Source: Marsupella aquatica (Eukaryota; Plantae; Marchantiophyta). From it: a DNA stretch of 64,000 nt. Shown here in pieces: positions 24,889 through 38,486 of this stretch. Location: contig OZ316892.1 of NCBI GenBank assembly GCA_973895155.1, forward strand, positions 29,270,932 through 29,334,931, in the 5' to 3' direction. A model generated the notes under the pieces. That model did no database searches. It had not been told where the DNA came from and was given only the letters and a program-made list of their open reading frames with translations. The position numbers and the translations under genes were made by a program. Numbering within the stretch: position 1 is the first letter of the stretch; each line of letters starts with the position of its first letter.

Positions 24889-27604
24889 GCAAAAGCGCCA
24901 AACCAAACTGAGAGAAAGGATCCAAAGGCAAATTAAAGCTCTGGGTATATTTAGGGGTACCACATGTAACCCTAGCCTAATATTAATATTCATATTTTAA
25001 GAAAAACTATTCTAAGAATATTCTCTATGTTAGAATATTAATTACCTATTTTACTTTATAAAATGTATAGGTTAGAAAATATTTGATAAATCCGAGTTCA
25101 TAATACCTTCTTGTACCTCTAGCTTACGCCTATAAAAAAATTTGTTAACTTCCATCAAAAATATATTGTTTGGATCACACATGGTGTCTACAATTTTTGA
25201 TAGTCGACCCCCTGAGAGCAAAAGACCCAACAAAGGTAGCAAAGGGAAAAACCCCCCAAGATGACCAAAGAGACCCAAAAAGCCATAGAGTCCCCACAAC
25301 AACGATAGAACAAAAAGCCCACTAAGAAGTCAAGTAGATTAGAACCCTTTTGGCCGAAAACTGAAAAGCCAGGTAGAGCTCCAGTAAAGTGAAAGGCAAT
25401 GACAGTCTAAAATATCAGTAATTTCTTCATGATCGTCCAATCGTTCAAAAGGAGACTTTGCATGCATGGCCAGTAACTTGAGTGAGGAGGACCATGGGCA
25501 TATGCATGAGGTGAGTGCGGGGTTGGCAGGTGTGCGAGGACAGTGCAGGGTGGGCTGGTATTTTTGTCCAGCACCCTGATCTCTGCTCAATGACAACAAC
25601 ATTTTGTGTAAGGCACACAAATATATGGCTGTTATGACAACATTACCACAACATGCCCACAAAATGGATATTATCTTGGGATGGAAGCTTTATTTGGTGT
25701 GAAAGGTTGAGATCTGGTTGAAAAGGAAGGGGAAGATGCTTACATGATAATTATGCAAGTTTGGAAGACATGTGGAAACCCACCATGTGAAAGGCACAGG
25801 TTACGCACCATTATTAATGAAAAGAAAACACACTTTTTCATGGATCAAAATGTTGGACACGATGTGCGGATGAAGTATTGCAACTTACGTGAACCACTCT
25901 AAAACATAACTTTCAATTCAAATGGCACCTTTTGTTTGTATAAATGCTCATCTTTTGGGGGGTGTCAAATTGTGCTTGATCCATGGATTCCGGAGGTCAA
26001 TTGTAGTGGTCCATCCAAGCATCAACTTCTAAATAAGTCACACTAATACCTTTCCCAACAAAATTCACATTACAGTTATTTGTATGAGATTAAAATCTCC
26101 CACACAATGTCCCATGAAGGTTTGGACTTGGATGGGATTTGTCACTCCTACAGGATGGACCAAACATTCCAAGTGCAATACTTGGGTTGATCAAAAACCT
26201 CATGGGTAGTAACATAGTAATACATATAAAGGTCACATTTGAGATTCTAAGATTCCAAGAAGCTTGATTGGGAGACTTTAGTTCACCCAAAAACTGTCAA
26301 ATACCATATCCTTAAATATCACGTCTGACCTTCTATGGTCAGTTCCTAAGGTCTCACTTGTTCTCATTTGACATGCCCCAATAGTCCCCATTTGAAACAA
26401 GCATTGACTAAGTCTAATAGCACAAGTCCATACTCTCTTACACCAATAATTGTGTGTAAGGCAAACTTTGGGTTTCTGACATCGGTCCAGGTCCAAAATG
26501 TGATACATTAACATTATAATCTGTGAAGTCCAATAATTTTTAGATTATACACGGGGAGAGTTTTTGAAAAAGAATACATATGTCAACTAAATTTGGGATA
26601 CTGGCTGAAATTTGAGTTTACAAACAAGGCTACTACCTTTGCACATTTTACAGCCTACTGAGGCGGCAGGAGACACCCTTCTGGAATCCTTACCAGCTGA
26701 CAGTCTTAGGCCCTTTGATTAGGTCGCTTTGGCCATGGCCACCATTGCATCCAAGCTTAGCATGTTGCATAATGCAGAATTATGGACAGGAACCTGAATG
26801 CTTTTTCTTTGAATGTTAAAAGAAATGATGATAAAGATCATCATGCATGATCACCATTTTTACATACATAATATCCCTAATCTTTCTTTCCATCCACACA
26901 AGTTTTGGTGGGGCCCTAGAGTTGAGGTATAAAGGTTTCACTCTAGAAACCTAGATCCTAACTCTAGCTTCTCATGGCCATTAATTATATAGTAGCTCCA
27001 TAGCACCATCCCAACCTGTGGTTCATGCTCATGTTCTAATTTGTCAGCCGACCAAAAATGATTCTTATCTAGCATGTAATTTGTGATTGATACTATACCT
27101 AGCTTCCCCAACTCGTTCTTCTGTGGTATCACTGATTCACTGTACAGAATACAATTCACACTAGAAAATAATTGTGTTTCGGAGGGAGATAAGGCTCTTG
27201 GGAAGAGCAGAGATTCAGTCTTTAGCTCCAAACAAGCCTCTTCCACTCAAGTCCATGACATACAAAGGAAATGCCAGGGTTTCATGAAGATGTTCGTAGT
27301 TGAACGGAAAGCTATTTCTTGGTATATCTCTTTAATGAACTCTGGGAAGAGAATACAGTAACAAGGCCCACTGGACTTCAATATTTTCTGCCCCTTACGC
27401 CTGTAGAGAGGTTTCTAGCAAGCACATCTGCAGCAATACTGCTAAGTAACTACAGTGGCAGCCTCCACATGGGTAAGGTCTTCAGGAGGCCAGCTTCTCA
27501 CATTTACAAAACACTCAATAGAGATTGCAAAATTGTCATCATTACCAATGTGCATGTGACTCGAACTTCGAGATTTACATGTGTGCTTCTTAGGAAACAT
27601 ACGG

Positions 27605-29498
27605 TTAAGCAGCAGATTCGAGCTCTACAGCAGATTCATTGATGTCTTCAGCCCTTAGCTGGGCTGAAACGTTATCAATGGCGGCATTGAGTTGTGCAAT
27701 CTTCTCATTGAGACTTTTCCGTGTGCTCTGCTGATCACCAAACAACTGTGTTAGGCACTCTACGTCAGATTTGACCAGAGGCCACCTTATGTCGATGTAA
27801 AAGTTCAGTGACCTTCTGACTGAGCATATTGGTTGCCTTCTGTTCATTGTCACCAAACAATCGGTAAGCACAATTACTAAAGACATTACTAGAAAAGTTC
27901 CTTATACCTATGGGCAAGCACAACTGTACATACAAATCGCAAAAATTGCAGACAGTGACAGTGTTGCTCACCTCAAGCCCCTCCTCGTCTTCAACATATT
28001 TGGGTAGCTTCTTTGGTGGACCTTCTACTTCTTCATCGTCCTGTGTCTCCTTTTCAGCTGCTGCAATCGACTTGTTGACCTGAAATCATCCAGAGCCTCA
28101 CTCTAATGAAGAGGTGTATAGAACTAGAGAGCAGAAGAATAAAGCCCGAAATGGAGAACCAGGACTGACCTACCTGGGTGAAACTTTCACCATACATTTT
28201 CACATCAACACATTGTCATGTTGGTAATTTGAAACAAAGCTTAATCCTCATAAGGCAAACAAATCGGTCTACACCTCGGTTTTCTCTTGTTTAAGGAGTA
28301 GTCTTCGGGATAGCAAGTTACTACGTGAAACAGAATGTCCCCCAATCCCTTCCTGATGTCACTTTAAAGGCAATGTATATTTATATTCCCTCATAAATGT
28401 AAGAATCGATGGGGCAACCAGTTCTGTGCGAGCCTAGAAGCTATCCGGAGATTGCTTTCAACCCAATCCTGCTGGAACATAGAAGGAAACTTACCACTGG
28501 AGCAACAAGGTATCCAAGAGCGCCAAACAACACACCGCCAAGTAGGAATCCAGCAACGAAATCACCTGCACCACCACCTCTCCTGCCACTGAAACAGATC
28601 CTAAGACATTTGTTGTACAAAGCATCCTTGGGAAATGTGCAATTGGATAGTATAGACAAAGTGAGCCCATTCAGGATTTCAAAGGCTTCTCGAATCTCAA
28701 AATAGCTAACATGAACTATTGAGTATGACCACAAGTACAGAAAATGTCTTCACCTGTATTCGGCAGAAACAACAAATTGTCGTCTTGAGTCACTTCGCTT
28801 GCCATATGCAACTCTGGCATGCCTCAAGGATTGTGACTTCCCCAACTTTAAGCATGGGATACTGACCAGCGATAACCCAGATGAGCGTGGTGTAGCCACT
28901 CCTGTACGGCACATGACAAGGGAAATCGCTAAATTACTTCAAAGCAGCTGTCACGAAACAAATCACAAGCATCTTGCCGTGCAAGCAAGCGTCCAGACTG
29001 GCTTGCAATCGCAGGAAGTGGCTCATGCAGAAAAGTTGGTCAAGAGTGTTACTTCTATTTAGAGAAAGACCTAAACAATTGCATGACCATTTAAAATTTA
29101 CTATGTACAGAAGCCATCGGACGAAGGTACAGAGTCAAACTCCAACAAATCTATCCTAGAAGGCGGTCAAAAAGGGCCTGAGACGAAAAGTCATCGCATT
29201 ATAAGAGACAGAGTGCGCAACTACCACATCGTGAAGGCGAAATCACCAGAAGCGTCCGTTGTTCACCGGACCTCCCAAAAGCGGACACGGAAGGACAACA
29301 GAGACCAACAAACAGCGTGGTTCGGACCAAACGAGCAAGAAAAGGGAGCGTAGAGAAGAACCCAGAAGAGACGAATGCATCAATCAACACCCCAATTCCA
29401 CAAACCCAAGCGGGATCACAGCGTCACCCACCTGACACCACAGCCATTTGAGATGATAATGTAGCCGATTGCATTGTGCTCACTGTGAATGTCGCCAT
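27605..29498 (-). CDS. Plastid inner-envelope-type membrane protein (At1g42960/At5g16660-like)
   Basis: ATG at 29498 with Ser/Thr/Ala-rich transit-peptide-like exons. Exon ~28495-28590 GGAGDFVAGFLLGGVLFGALGYLVAP (TM), exon ~27972-28079 KKLPKYVEDEEGLE, last exon TRKSLNEKIAQLNAAIDNVSAQLR. Phase between the first two exons is not resolved. Confidence 0.8.
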
Positions 29499-29542
29499 GG
29501 TAGATCCTTCACTTCCTTGCTAGCTCCTCACCTTCCTCCTCA

Positions 29543-29945
29543 CTCACCTCACCACAACAGGGCCCAAAAGGGAGAGCAGATGAGAGGAAACTGGGGGAAC
29601 AAGAGAGTAGTCACCTAAAGAAGCACTCACCTCACCTCACCTCACCTCACCACAACAGGGCCCAAAAGGGAGAGCAGATGAGAGGAAACTGGGGGAACAA
29701 GAGAGTAGTCACCTGAAGAAGCAGCAGGAGAGAACGGGAGACAACAGGCAGAGAGTGCAGAGAGTGCAGAGACAAGCTCGGTGGAATATTGATGGGGAAG
29801 AACAGAGAGAGAGAGAGTGCAGAGACAAGCTCGGTGGAATAGTGATGGGGAAGAACAGAGAGAGAGAGTGCAGAGACAAGCTCGGTAGAATATTGATGGG
29901 GAAGAACAGAGAGAGAGAGTGCAGAGACAAGCTCGGTGGAACATT
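29543..29945. repeat. Tandem repeats in the 5'/promoter region: 2 x ~75 bp and ~3 x ~58 bp with (GA)n
   Basis: CTCACCTCACCACAACAGGGCCC...GTCACCT twice; GAGAGTGCAGAGACAAGCTCGGTGGAA repeated. Confidence 0.9.
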
Positions 29946-32900
29946 GATTGACTGAGGAATAGAATTGCAACTTTGCAAGAAACGGCTCAACACGACTTCG
30001 GGATGTCCGCTGAGCCAGCATTGGCCTATCCGCCCTCCCTCTTAAGAAGTGGCAAATTTTTTTTTTACTTTGGGGAATCGGAAACCCATAGCTGTTTATT
30101 CCAAAGCTACAGGTGAACCAAAACAGTGTAAATGTTTATAGCCAAACATAATAGTGGCCATATTTTTGTCCTCTTTTTTGTCTAAACTTGCCGACTACTG
30201 GTTTCGTTGAATTTAAGGAGAGGTGATGCCTAATCTGAGGCCATTCATTTCACACCCCCACCCTCAACTCTGGCTGCACCCCAAAAGTCATGGTCTAGAG
30301 GTTTCACCCTAAACCATAGGCCCTGAAGCCTAGCTTCATATTGGGCTTTAGTAGCTATAGATATGCTTTGCCACTATGTTTAGTTGAATTAATACTTTGC
30401 CATGTGTTAAGCTAGGGTTAAGGAAATGAATTTTGGGCCATCTCAAAATGATCCAATGGTGGCCAAATTTGTATGTGATTGTGCCCCCTGACACCTTTCA
30501 AATTGGGGGTGGGTCTCTTGCTGTCACAAATTAAAGGTGACAAGAAGCAGGATGACTGCAAGAGACCCAGGCCCAAGGTGGATGGTGGTGGCGGGATTAG
30601 GAGTGGGATGGACCAAATGAATAAGGGTGGAGAAGTGTTTCAACATGTTGATTGAGAATAGGTGCAAGATGACCCTGTCAGATGGTTCCCAGCTAACCTG
30701 GCTAAGTATGTCTAACCCGTGGTGGAAAAGGAGCGGCAATGTATGTACTGTATTTGGACCAAAAAGTGGTAATCTATTAAACCTCAATTTTTTTATTTGC
30801 AAGTTTTTTAGGAGAATGTGTAAGTTTGTACTCTCCACCAAAATTGAGGCGGCTTTGTGCTCTTGTCTACTTCCGAAAGTCCACCATCAGTATGATAATT
30901 ATATTCTGCTGCAAGACTGTGGCTGTTAGACTAAGGAATCTCTTTGGTAAGGCAAGGACCGGAAAGAGACAATACAAAACATTGTGAGCATAGCAAGGTG
31001 AGAGGGCATTAGAATTGAGTTTTTTTTCCTGTTAGGGAAAGCTCCCCCAGGAGGAAGTTGTTTCAAGTAAAGGCTCGAGGCTGCCTGCCTAAGGGCTTTT
31101 CTTTTGGAGTTCTCTTCACAGGGAGAGCACTAACTTACTTTGATCCCTACCGGAAATGACTTAAATTAGTGTCCAAACAAAGTGAGAATACATGCCCATG
31201 GTCAAATTCATGCCTCCTGCCCATGATGGAAGAGCGTCCAGTTAGAGATGAAACTTTTGGGCATGGATTAATTAGAGTAAACTGAAATTCTACTTTGGAA
31301 GTCTACCAGAGGTAACAAAGTCCTTGTGATTGTGCTTTTTCCCCGGGAAAAGACAAGGTCCTTTGTGAATAGAAAGGCAAATGATGTTGGCAGTAGTGAA
31401 GCTTCTGTAATCTTTTTGAAAGTCAAGAGGCAATGACAAACCCTGTGGTCCTTGTCTATGTAGAGGCAAGAACGAGGGCAAGAAAAGACTTGTTTCCAAT
31501 AAGAAGCTAACGTTCGTGCATGTGAATATGCCAAGTTTAAATTTGTTGTTGATGAAGCTAACTAAGGTCCTTCCTATGCATTTCTTGTTTTCAAAGCAGT
31601 TGAGACCCATGTGAGGGGCAGCACTCAATGCCTCCTGTGAGATGGGCACACACATGGTCTATGAACATTACCACTCTTTTTACTACATAATTTACTAACA
31701 TTGTCATCATGATGTTTTGCCAGACTACAGAGTTTGCCACTCTTGTGAGTTTGGTTACTACTTTGCCACCTTTTTCCACTGCTAGCTAAGCAAAGGAACT
31801 CTGGTTAGCTTAGAAGGATCCAATGGTCAAAAGCCTAGCACTTTTCATCATCGGACAGTCATCAACATCCTCACCTCAGTCTCAATACCCTTGATCACCC
31901 TCGACCAGGGGAGATGGGCGACTGGGGCAGACAACCAAGATTGAAGGGCCAGAGTGTGTTCAAGTGGCAGCAAAGTAAGAGACCCAAGCCCAAAATGAGG
32001 GTTGAGAAGGGTCTTGTGGTTAGGGTAAAGGACATGTATGACCATCTGATAACAATAAATAATAATAACTAATCTAGAAAAGTGGCAAATCTAGTAAATT
32101 ATTTTCAAATTTTAATTTAACAGTCTTGCCAAAACAAATATCTACCAGTTATTAGTTAGCAAACATCAAACTCATTTGTGTCCAATGATTACTATTAGAA
32201 TATGTATGTAAAATATGCATATTTGTCTAAGATCTCATTTTTGCAATTCCAGGTTTTTACAATTTAATGCCTAGCCATTGAGAATAGATGCATTTGCTGC
32301 ATATATTGTCCTCAGAGCCAAGCTCCCAGCATCCCCATGTGTTTTTTCCTATAGATATAGATAGAAGTAGTGGGGATGGGGGGGTGAAGCACTTGCTAAC
32401 CTCCCTTCACTATGGCCCTTGCCGTAACAAAAGCCACAATTTTTAGAATGGCAAATAAAGGTCCTCATTATCTTGCTATCTGGCAAGATTTGTTTGCAAT
32501 AATAAATCTACCATCCTTGCTCTTTTAAATTAAGCTAAGTGTTTGGAGCAATAACTCTAATGTCCATGTGAATCTATTGAATAAATAATGTCCAAAGAGC
32601 CAAGTTCAATGTGTGTTTGTTTACTTAAATGCAAAGAATTGATTAACGTGTGGAGTTGATTCATTCCCCCGAGGAATCTTTAGACAGTAGTAGCTTGTTT
32701 TCTATGCTTGAGGAAACTGGAAGTTCCAGTTGAATCTACTATATATTGTTTACTTTTGGTGAACCTGATATCCCATATGCCAAAGGCAACCATTTCAGTT
32801 TAACAACTTATTTTTGTCATGGTAAATAATGTCTTCTATAATTGGTATGTGATATGGACTTGTTTCCATGAGGGTCCAAAACAGTTTTCTGGAATCTATG

Positions 32901-35900
32901 CTACATCATGCTCCACCAAATTCTTGTAAAGTTTGTATTACCACCAATCTTGGTGATTTATGACTCCTTATGGCCAGGTATAATGGGATGATGATGATAT
33001 TCCCAACAATGCCGAATTCTGATATTTGTTAGAGTGCCACTATTTCTATTTTCTTGACTAGCTGCTGCTGTTTTTACCCCTGTCAACCAACGCTACTTAT
33101 AACCTATATGCGGCTCTCATTCACTCCCAGCTGAATACTTTGCCACCTTGCTCCTTCCTGGTTGGCTGGCCCACTCCCCCGTCCCCCCCTGGTCAAGGGT
33201 GAGGGAGGGTGTTGAGGTTAACTTAAGGATGATCATGACCGTCTAATGATTCAAAACTTGGAAGATGTTGGCCATTTGGATCATTCAAAATTAATTACCA
33301 CAGTTCTTTTCCTTAACCAGTGGTTGAAAAGGCGGCAATTATGTCAGTAGTAATTTAAGTGGAAAGGGTATCAAAGTATGTGATTTGACAAAGGGATGGC
33401 AATGTGAATCTCAGTAAAAATTTAAAAGAGTGGAAACTTAGTAATGTAGCCTCCAAAGAATGGCCAAGTGACAAATCTCATATGCTGAACTTTTTAATTT
33501 AATCCATCATAATTTCAGTTCCATGCATGAACCTGACCAATTGATACTTAACAACATCCATGAGTTTTTCTCCAGGCATTGACACTTGCTGAAATTAGTT
33601 TGGTGACAATTAAGTTGACAGTTTGTTTGTTTTTTGGAAAGAGGGGGAGGGCATCCCAGCCCGACCATTCTCCCAGCTTGCCCTCAACATAACAAACAAT
33701 CAACCTAGTTTTTTTCCACACAAATAGTACTGTATTTTCATTCTCTAAACAAAGTTTTTGTTGGTTGGTAAATGTTCTTTCACCACTTCTTGTACACAGG
33801 CTTAGTTTTGACCAATGACAAGTGGCCCATGTCTAAGGTCTGTTGTCGAGTATCATTTGTTTCTGGTTGGCTTGTGGCCTTTTGCTGGTAAAGGTCCTTC
33901 ATGCAAAGAATGAGAACCGTTGCATATTCATTTTAACATTCATCTGGGTCTCTAGATTGTCTGTACTGGCCTTCTTGCATGTAGGCTGCCCTATCTTTTG
34001 AGGCCTTGAGTTCTCCCTAATTGCTGCTGCTAGGAGTGACTGGGCACAGCTTTAGTGGCCCTAGCCTCATTTTGTTTTATTCAGATTTCACAGGTCAGGA
34101 GCTCAATGGTAGGGCAGTTTTGGCCTTTGCCCTTGGTTCTCCAGATGAGATGCCTGCCTGAGGAAGGGGTGCAAGCATGCAAATCTCAACCAATCATCCC
34201 ATGCCATCCCATGCCATCCCTTCAGTTGAGGGCTGCAACAGTAAGGGGGTGCCCACATGCAAGATGGCCCTTACTTTGATGTTGTGGCCTCCCAGCTCAG
34301 CTTCCTTTATGTGTCCGACCCCTTGCCCGTTTGTTTTCCCTGAGTGTGGCTTTCCAATATATTGACACTGAGCGTTGTCTCTTGATTTTTTTGTTAAACT
34401 ACTGTAGATCTCCATGCATGTAATACAGAGTGCAAGTGTATACAAGCTTGACGGTGTTGGTAACCCTGGCAAAGCACAATAGGCCAAGTTCCATTTGTAA
34501 CCGTTTACAAGTCCCTTCCACATTGGGCTGAGTATCATGTCAGCAAGACATCAGAGCAGATTTTTGGGCAGATTTCCCTTGTTATGACTAAGACTTAGCT
34601 TGCATCATGAGCAAGGAGTAACCATGCAGACATGACCTTACAAAATGTCAGCTAAAGTGCAACTTTGTTTTGGGAATTAGAAGACAATGTCCGTCTAACA
34701 TCATGATTGTTGCCACTTGGCATTACAAAAGTGCACATCCAAAATGCACTTCAGGTCTTCAATTATACATTTGAGTACAAAAAGGTAGGAGGTGGAGCAT
34801 GAAACTCAACAGTTAAACATCCAGCTCGCACACTACAGCTGTGTGTCAAGAGTGCCAAGTAGAAAGATTTATTTTGTTGTTATTCTGGGAATTTTTGTGT
34901 GTAAAGAAATGTGCCAGATTATACCAATGTTTATTAACTGGTGTTAAATTCAGCCAGGTTGTAAGTCCAGAAAGTAACGCTGAAACTTAGACTAAATACA
35001 AATTGGAATTCATGAAACTGATCGAAGCGCCCATAAACCACAAGATTTGACAAGATGCCCAGATTAGCCATTTGCAACCCACATTGAAATGTTACCTTTT
35101 CTTGAGATAGCCTCTTTCTTTGCATAAGTCCGTACCTTTCGCAACATTGGAAAGTGCTTAGTTAGATCAACTTCCCCAAAAGACTCCGGCCCTCCACCTT
35201 ATGGTTTTTCTCTTACTCTTCAGGCTGGCTTCTGAGTTAAACCCAAGTTTGTTGTATAATGCACCTAATGTTACAGTTCTCAAAAGTCTTTTGTCAATCA
35301 GTTCATGTCCTTGGGCATGACAACAAAGCTCTCTAACAAGAAATGTTTTCTCCTTAGTTGCTGATGGCAAGGCACCACTTACTGCTACTACTGTTATAAA
35401 AGCTAGTGTCAATCCATACTTAGGCTTTTTTAGGCACATATTGGTTTACATGGATCTCAAACTTGCCAAATACTAAATCATAAAGTATGACTAATTTGTT
35501 TTGATCCTAAAGTGCTTGCTCAATCAACTTTAGGAGACAAGGTTGTTAAGTACTTTTGACAATGCACTACTCTACAGTGAGGGGCTGATTTCTTGACAGG
35601 TTTGTTGATTGTGACGGTCTATCAATTAATAGGGGGTCTTCTCAGCTCTTGAGCTGTTTGTGCAGGAACTCTTGACCAAATCCAATGCTTTCTGTAAATG
35701 AAGAATGGACGGGCAGACCTAAATCCATTCAGGAATTAACGACATCCATTTTGTGATTTTTGTAATTATCATCGTTGGTTGTTTGTCATTGTAGGTTTAA
35801 TGTGGCACTACCAATGCAAAAACAACCACAGCCTTTCTCTGTAAGTGGCAATTGTTGGTCCCCACTAATGGGTACATGGGGAATAGTGCTACAACATATG

Positions 35901-37014
35901 CAATAGGTGGCAACCAACCCTTTTTTTAGTGGCAAAATTTTGCTAGATTCCACCTCTTCAAAAGGAAAAAATTGCTAGGTTCTGTCTCCCATGAGCCAGT
36001 TCCCATCTAACCACAAACCCCATTAGCCAGAATCCAACCATCATCCTGAAGTCTCTGGAGATCAATCTGATGGTCAGAAAATAATGTAGGGAATTCAGAT
36101 AAGGAACATTCCTAGCTTCTTCTCCTCCAGGGAAAGGTGACATATACCACAATTGCAGAAAAAGAGAAACCTTAAGGAGTATGCTGGTGGTGCCTCTCCT
36201 TAGGATTTTTAAGATAGAGAAAATATTGTTAGAAGAACAAGTTTACAGCATCTCTTTGGCTCAACTCTTAAAGGTAGCCATGTCCACATTCATTCAGCCT
36301 ATCCTTCATTATGCATCGAACTGATCACAATGACTTCAATGTTTCAAATGTTGCACGTTGCAAAGGAATCCTATGAGCGACTCTCGATCCTTTTCTCAAT
36401 CAAAGTCCCAAGTGGCATTACACCTCATCCAAATGTCCTGTAGCTTGTCTCTCTGCAGTAGCTCAAACCAGCTCATTTCCCAGAGGTTTCCCCTGACCAA
36501 CGAGTTGGAGCAATGAAGAGTTCCACTTGGTTTTACTATGTAAATGAGAAAGATAGAATGGAAGATTGTCAATGAAGTGGGTATTAAGGTAGTTAGGACA
36601 GGTTCAATTTCATTTTAGACAAAGAAGTGATCATTCATGGTAAGACTCCTTTCAAAACATTCCCTTGATACTCTTCCGTCCATATAATCCATGTAATATT
36701 TCATACAATCCATGCAAAATATTACACTAGTTTGAAGGGTTTCTTATGTTCTTTTGGTATTTCTTTCTCTATAGTAGTCAAAGGATTTCTCATGTTCTCT
36801 TTGTATTCTTTTGTCCATAGTAGTTGAAGAGTTTCTTTCTGTCTATGTTTATTTCAAAAAATTGTCAATTAAATTAAAAAATCAAAGAATTTGCCAGAAA
36901 AACACAATATATCTCAATCAGAACAGATCCAAAGGTTTTTTTTTTTACCCCTTTTTAACCCACTTCTTGGCTTATTTGAAATGTTACTTTTCAATTTTCC
37001 ATTGTTTGTATGGC

Positions 37015-37600
37015 TACAAGGTCCAACTAATTTTCTTTGTCTTGCCTCAAGCATGAATAGTCATGTTAGATTCTTCTTGCATAACTAACCGTCGTTGTTT
37101 GTGACCAATTGTTTGCATAGTTACGGGTCCAACTATTTGTTTGGTCCCGCCTGAAACATGAATAGTCATTTTAGATTTTTCTTGCATAACTAATTATTCT
37201 TGTTTGTGACCAATAGCACTGCTGTGAGTGCATATGCATTTTGGAAGGAGCTTCGCATGGGGGTGCATAACTAATAAGTCTTTCTTATGTGGGGTCCAAC
37301 TATTTTCTTTGTCTTGTCTCAAACATGAAGAGCCTTGTTAGATTTTCCTTGCATAGCTAACATGTTGGATTTTTCTGGCATAGCTAACACTTGTTGTTTG
37401 TGGTCAATATAGCTAACTCTTGTTGTTTGTGGCCAATTTTCCTTGCATAATTAACATGTTGGATTTTTCTGGCATAGCTAACACTTGTTGTTTGTGGTCA
37501 ATATCTTGTTTGTGGGTGTTGTTTGTGGTCAATATCTTGTTTGTGGCCAATAGTGGCCAATAGTGCTGATGTGAGTGCATATGCATTTTGGAAGGAATGA
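37015..37600. repeat. Degenerate tandem repeat array
   Basis: Repeated GGTCCAACTA, TGTT(A/G)GATTTT..GCATA(A/G)CTAA and TTGTTTGTG(A/G)(C/T)CAAT blocks. Confidence 0.75.
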
Positions 37601-38486
37601 GCTTGAGGGAGTGGGGGGGGGGGGCGTGGCGGTCCATAAATACTCAGTCTTTCTTATGTGGTCTTATGTGGGTTGGTGCAGGTGGTTCAGACTTCAGGGC
37701 TCGAACATGAACATCCATTTCCAGACAAAGAGGGGCCATTGTCTTGAGAGAATTCGCCACACTTGGGGTCACAAGCGTGCAAATTCCTGACTGCTTTAAG
37801 TGAGATGAACGAAGGCAATTGGATTCTGCAAAACTGTGTTGGCCCAATTTCAGTTCACTATTCTTGCTGTGGAAGATATCCTGTAGGCTAAGGTTTCGTA
37901 AAAACTAAAGCGAGCCCGTACCCAAATTACCTGAAGATTCATGGTTCCACATGCAGTCCAACTAACACTGAGCCATTGCGCTTCACTAAGGAAATCATCG
38001 ATAAGAACTTCACAGAATATATGTGTGCGCAGAGCTCATTCAACGAAGAACAACCACCTTCTAGATTGCAAGATTCCAGGCTAAAGAGTGAATGACAACC
38101 ACCAAGCGTCCAGAGAAGTCCAACCGACAACGTAGGTGAACTTTATATTCTTTTGGCTACTGTTGGCAGATTGAACATTTTTGCTTTCCGTGAAATACCT
38201 TCACAGACACTGTACTGGTACATCATCTCCCTACATGAGCAAGTACATGAATGGCAGCTCCAATAGATATATCAACGAGCTGTATCTGTACAAACCGTCA
38301 CTTTGGCTACTAACAAAATCTGCTCGCCACCTGGTCCTCATCTCGCACCTGGTGATAGTTTATCTGAAGCATCAAAGAAGCAGTGCATTGACGATGATTG
38401 GCGCATCTCAAATTGCTTGTTCTTCCTCCCCGTAGCTCCTGGCTGCACCTTTCCTCTTGCAAAGAATTGCCCATTTCCATGCAGCG

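Noticed and set aside
30100-36800. Short ORFs and possible decayed transposon sequence
   Set aside because: No recognisable domains, termini or consistent exon structure.
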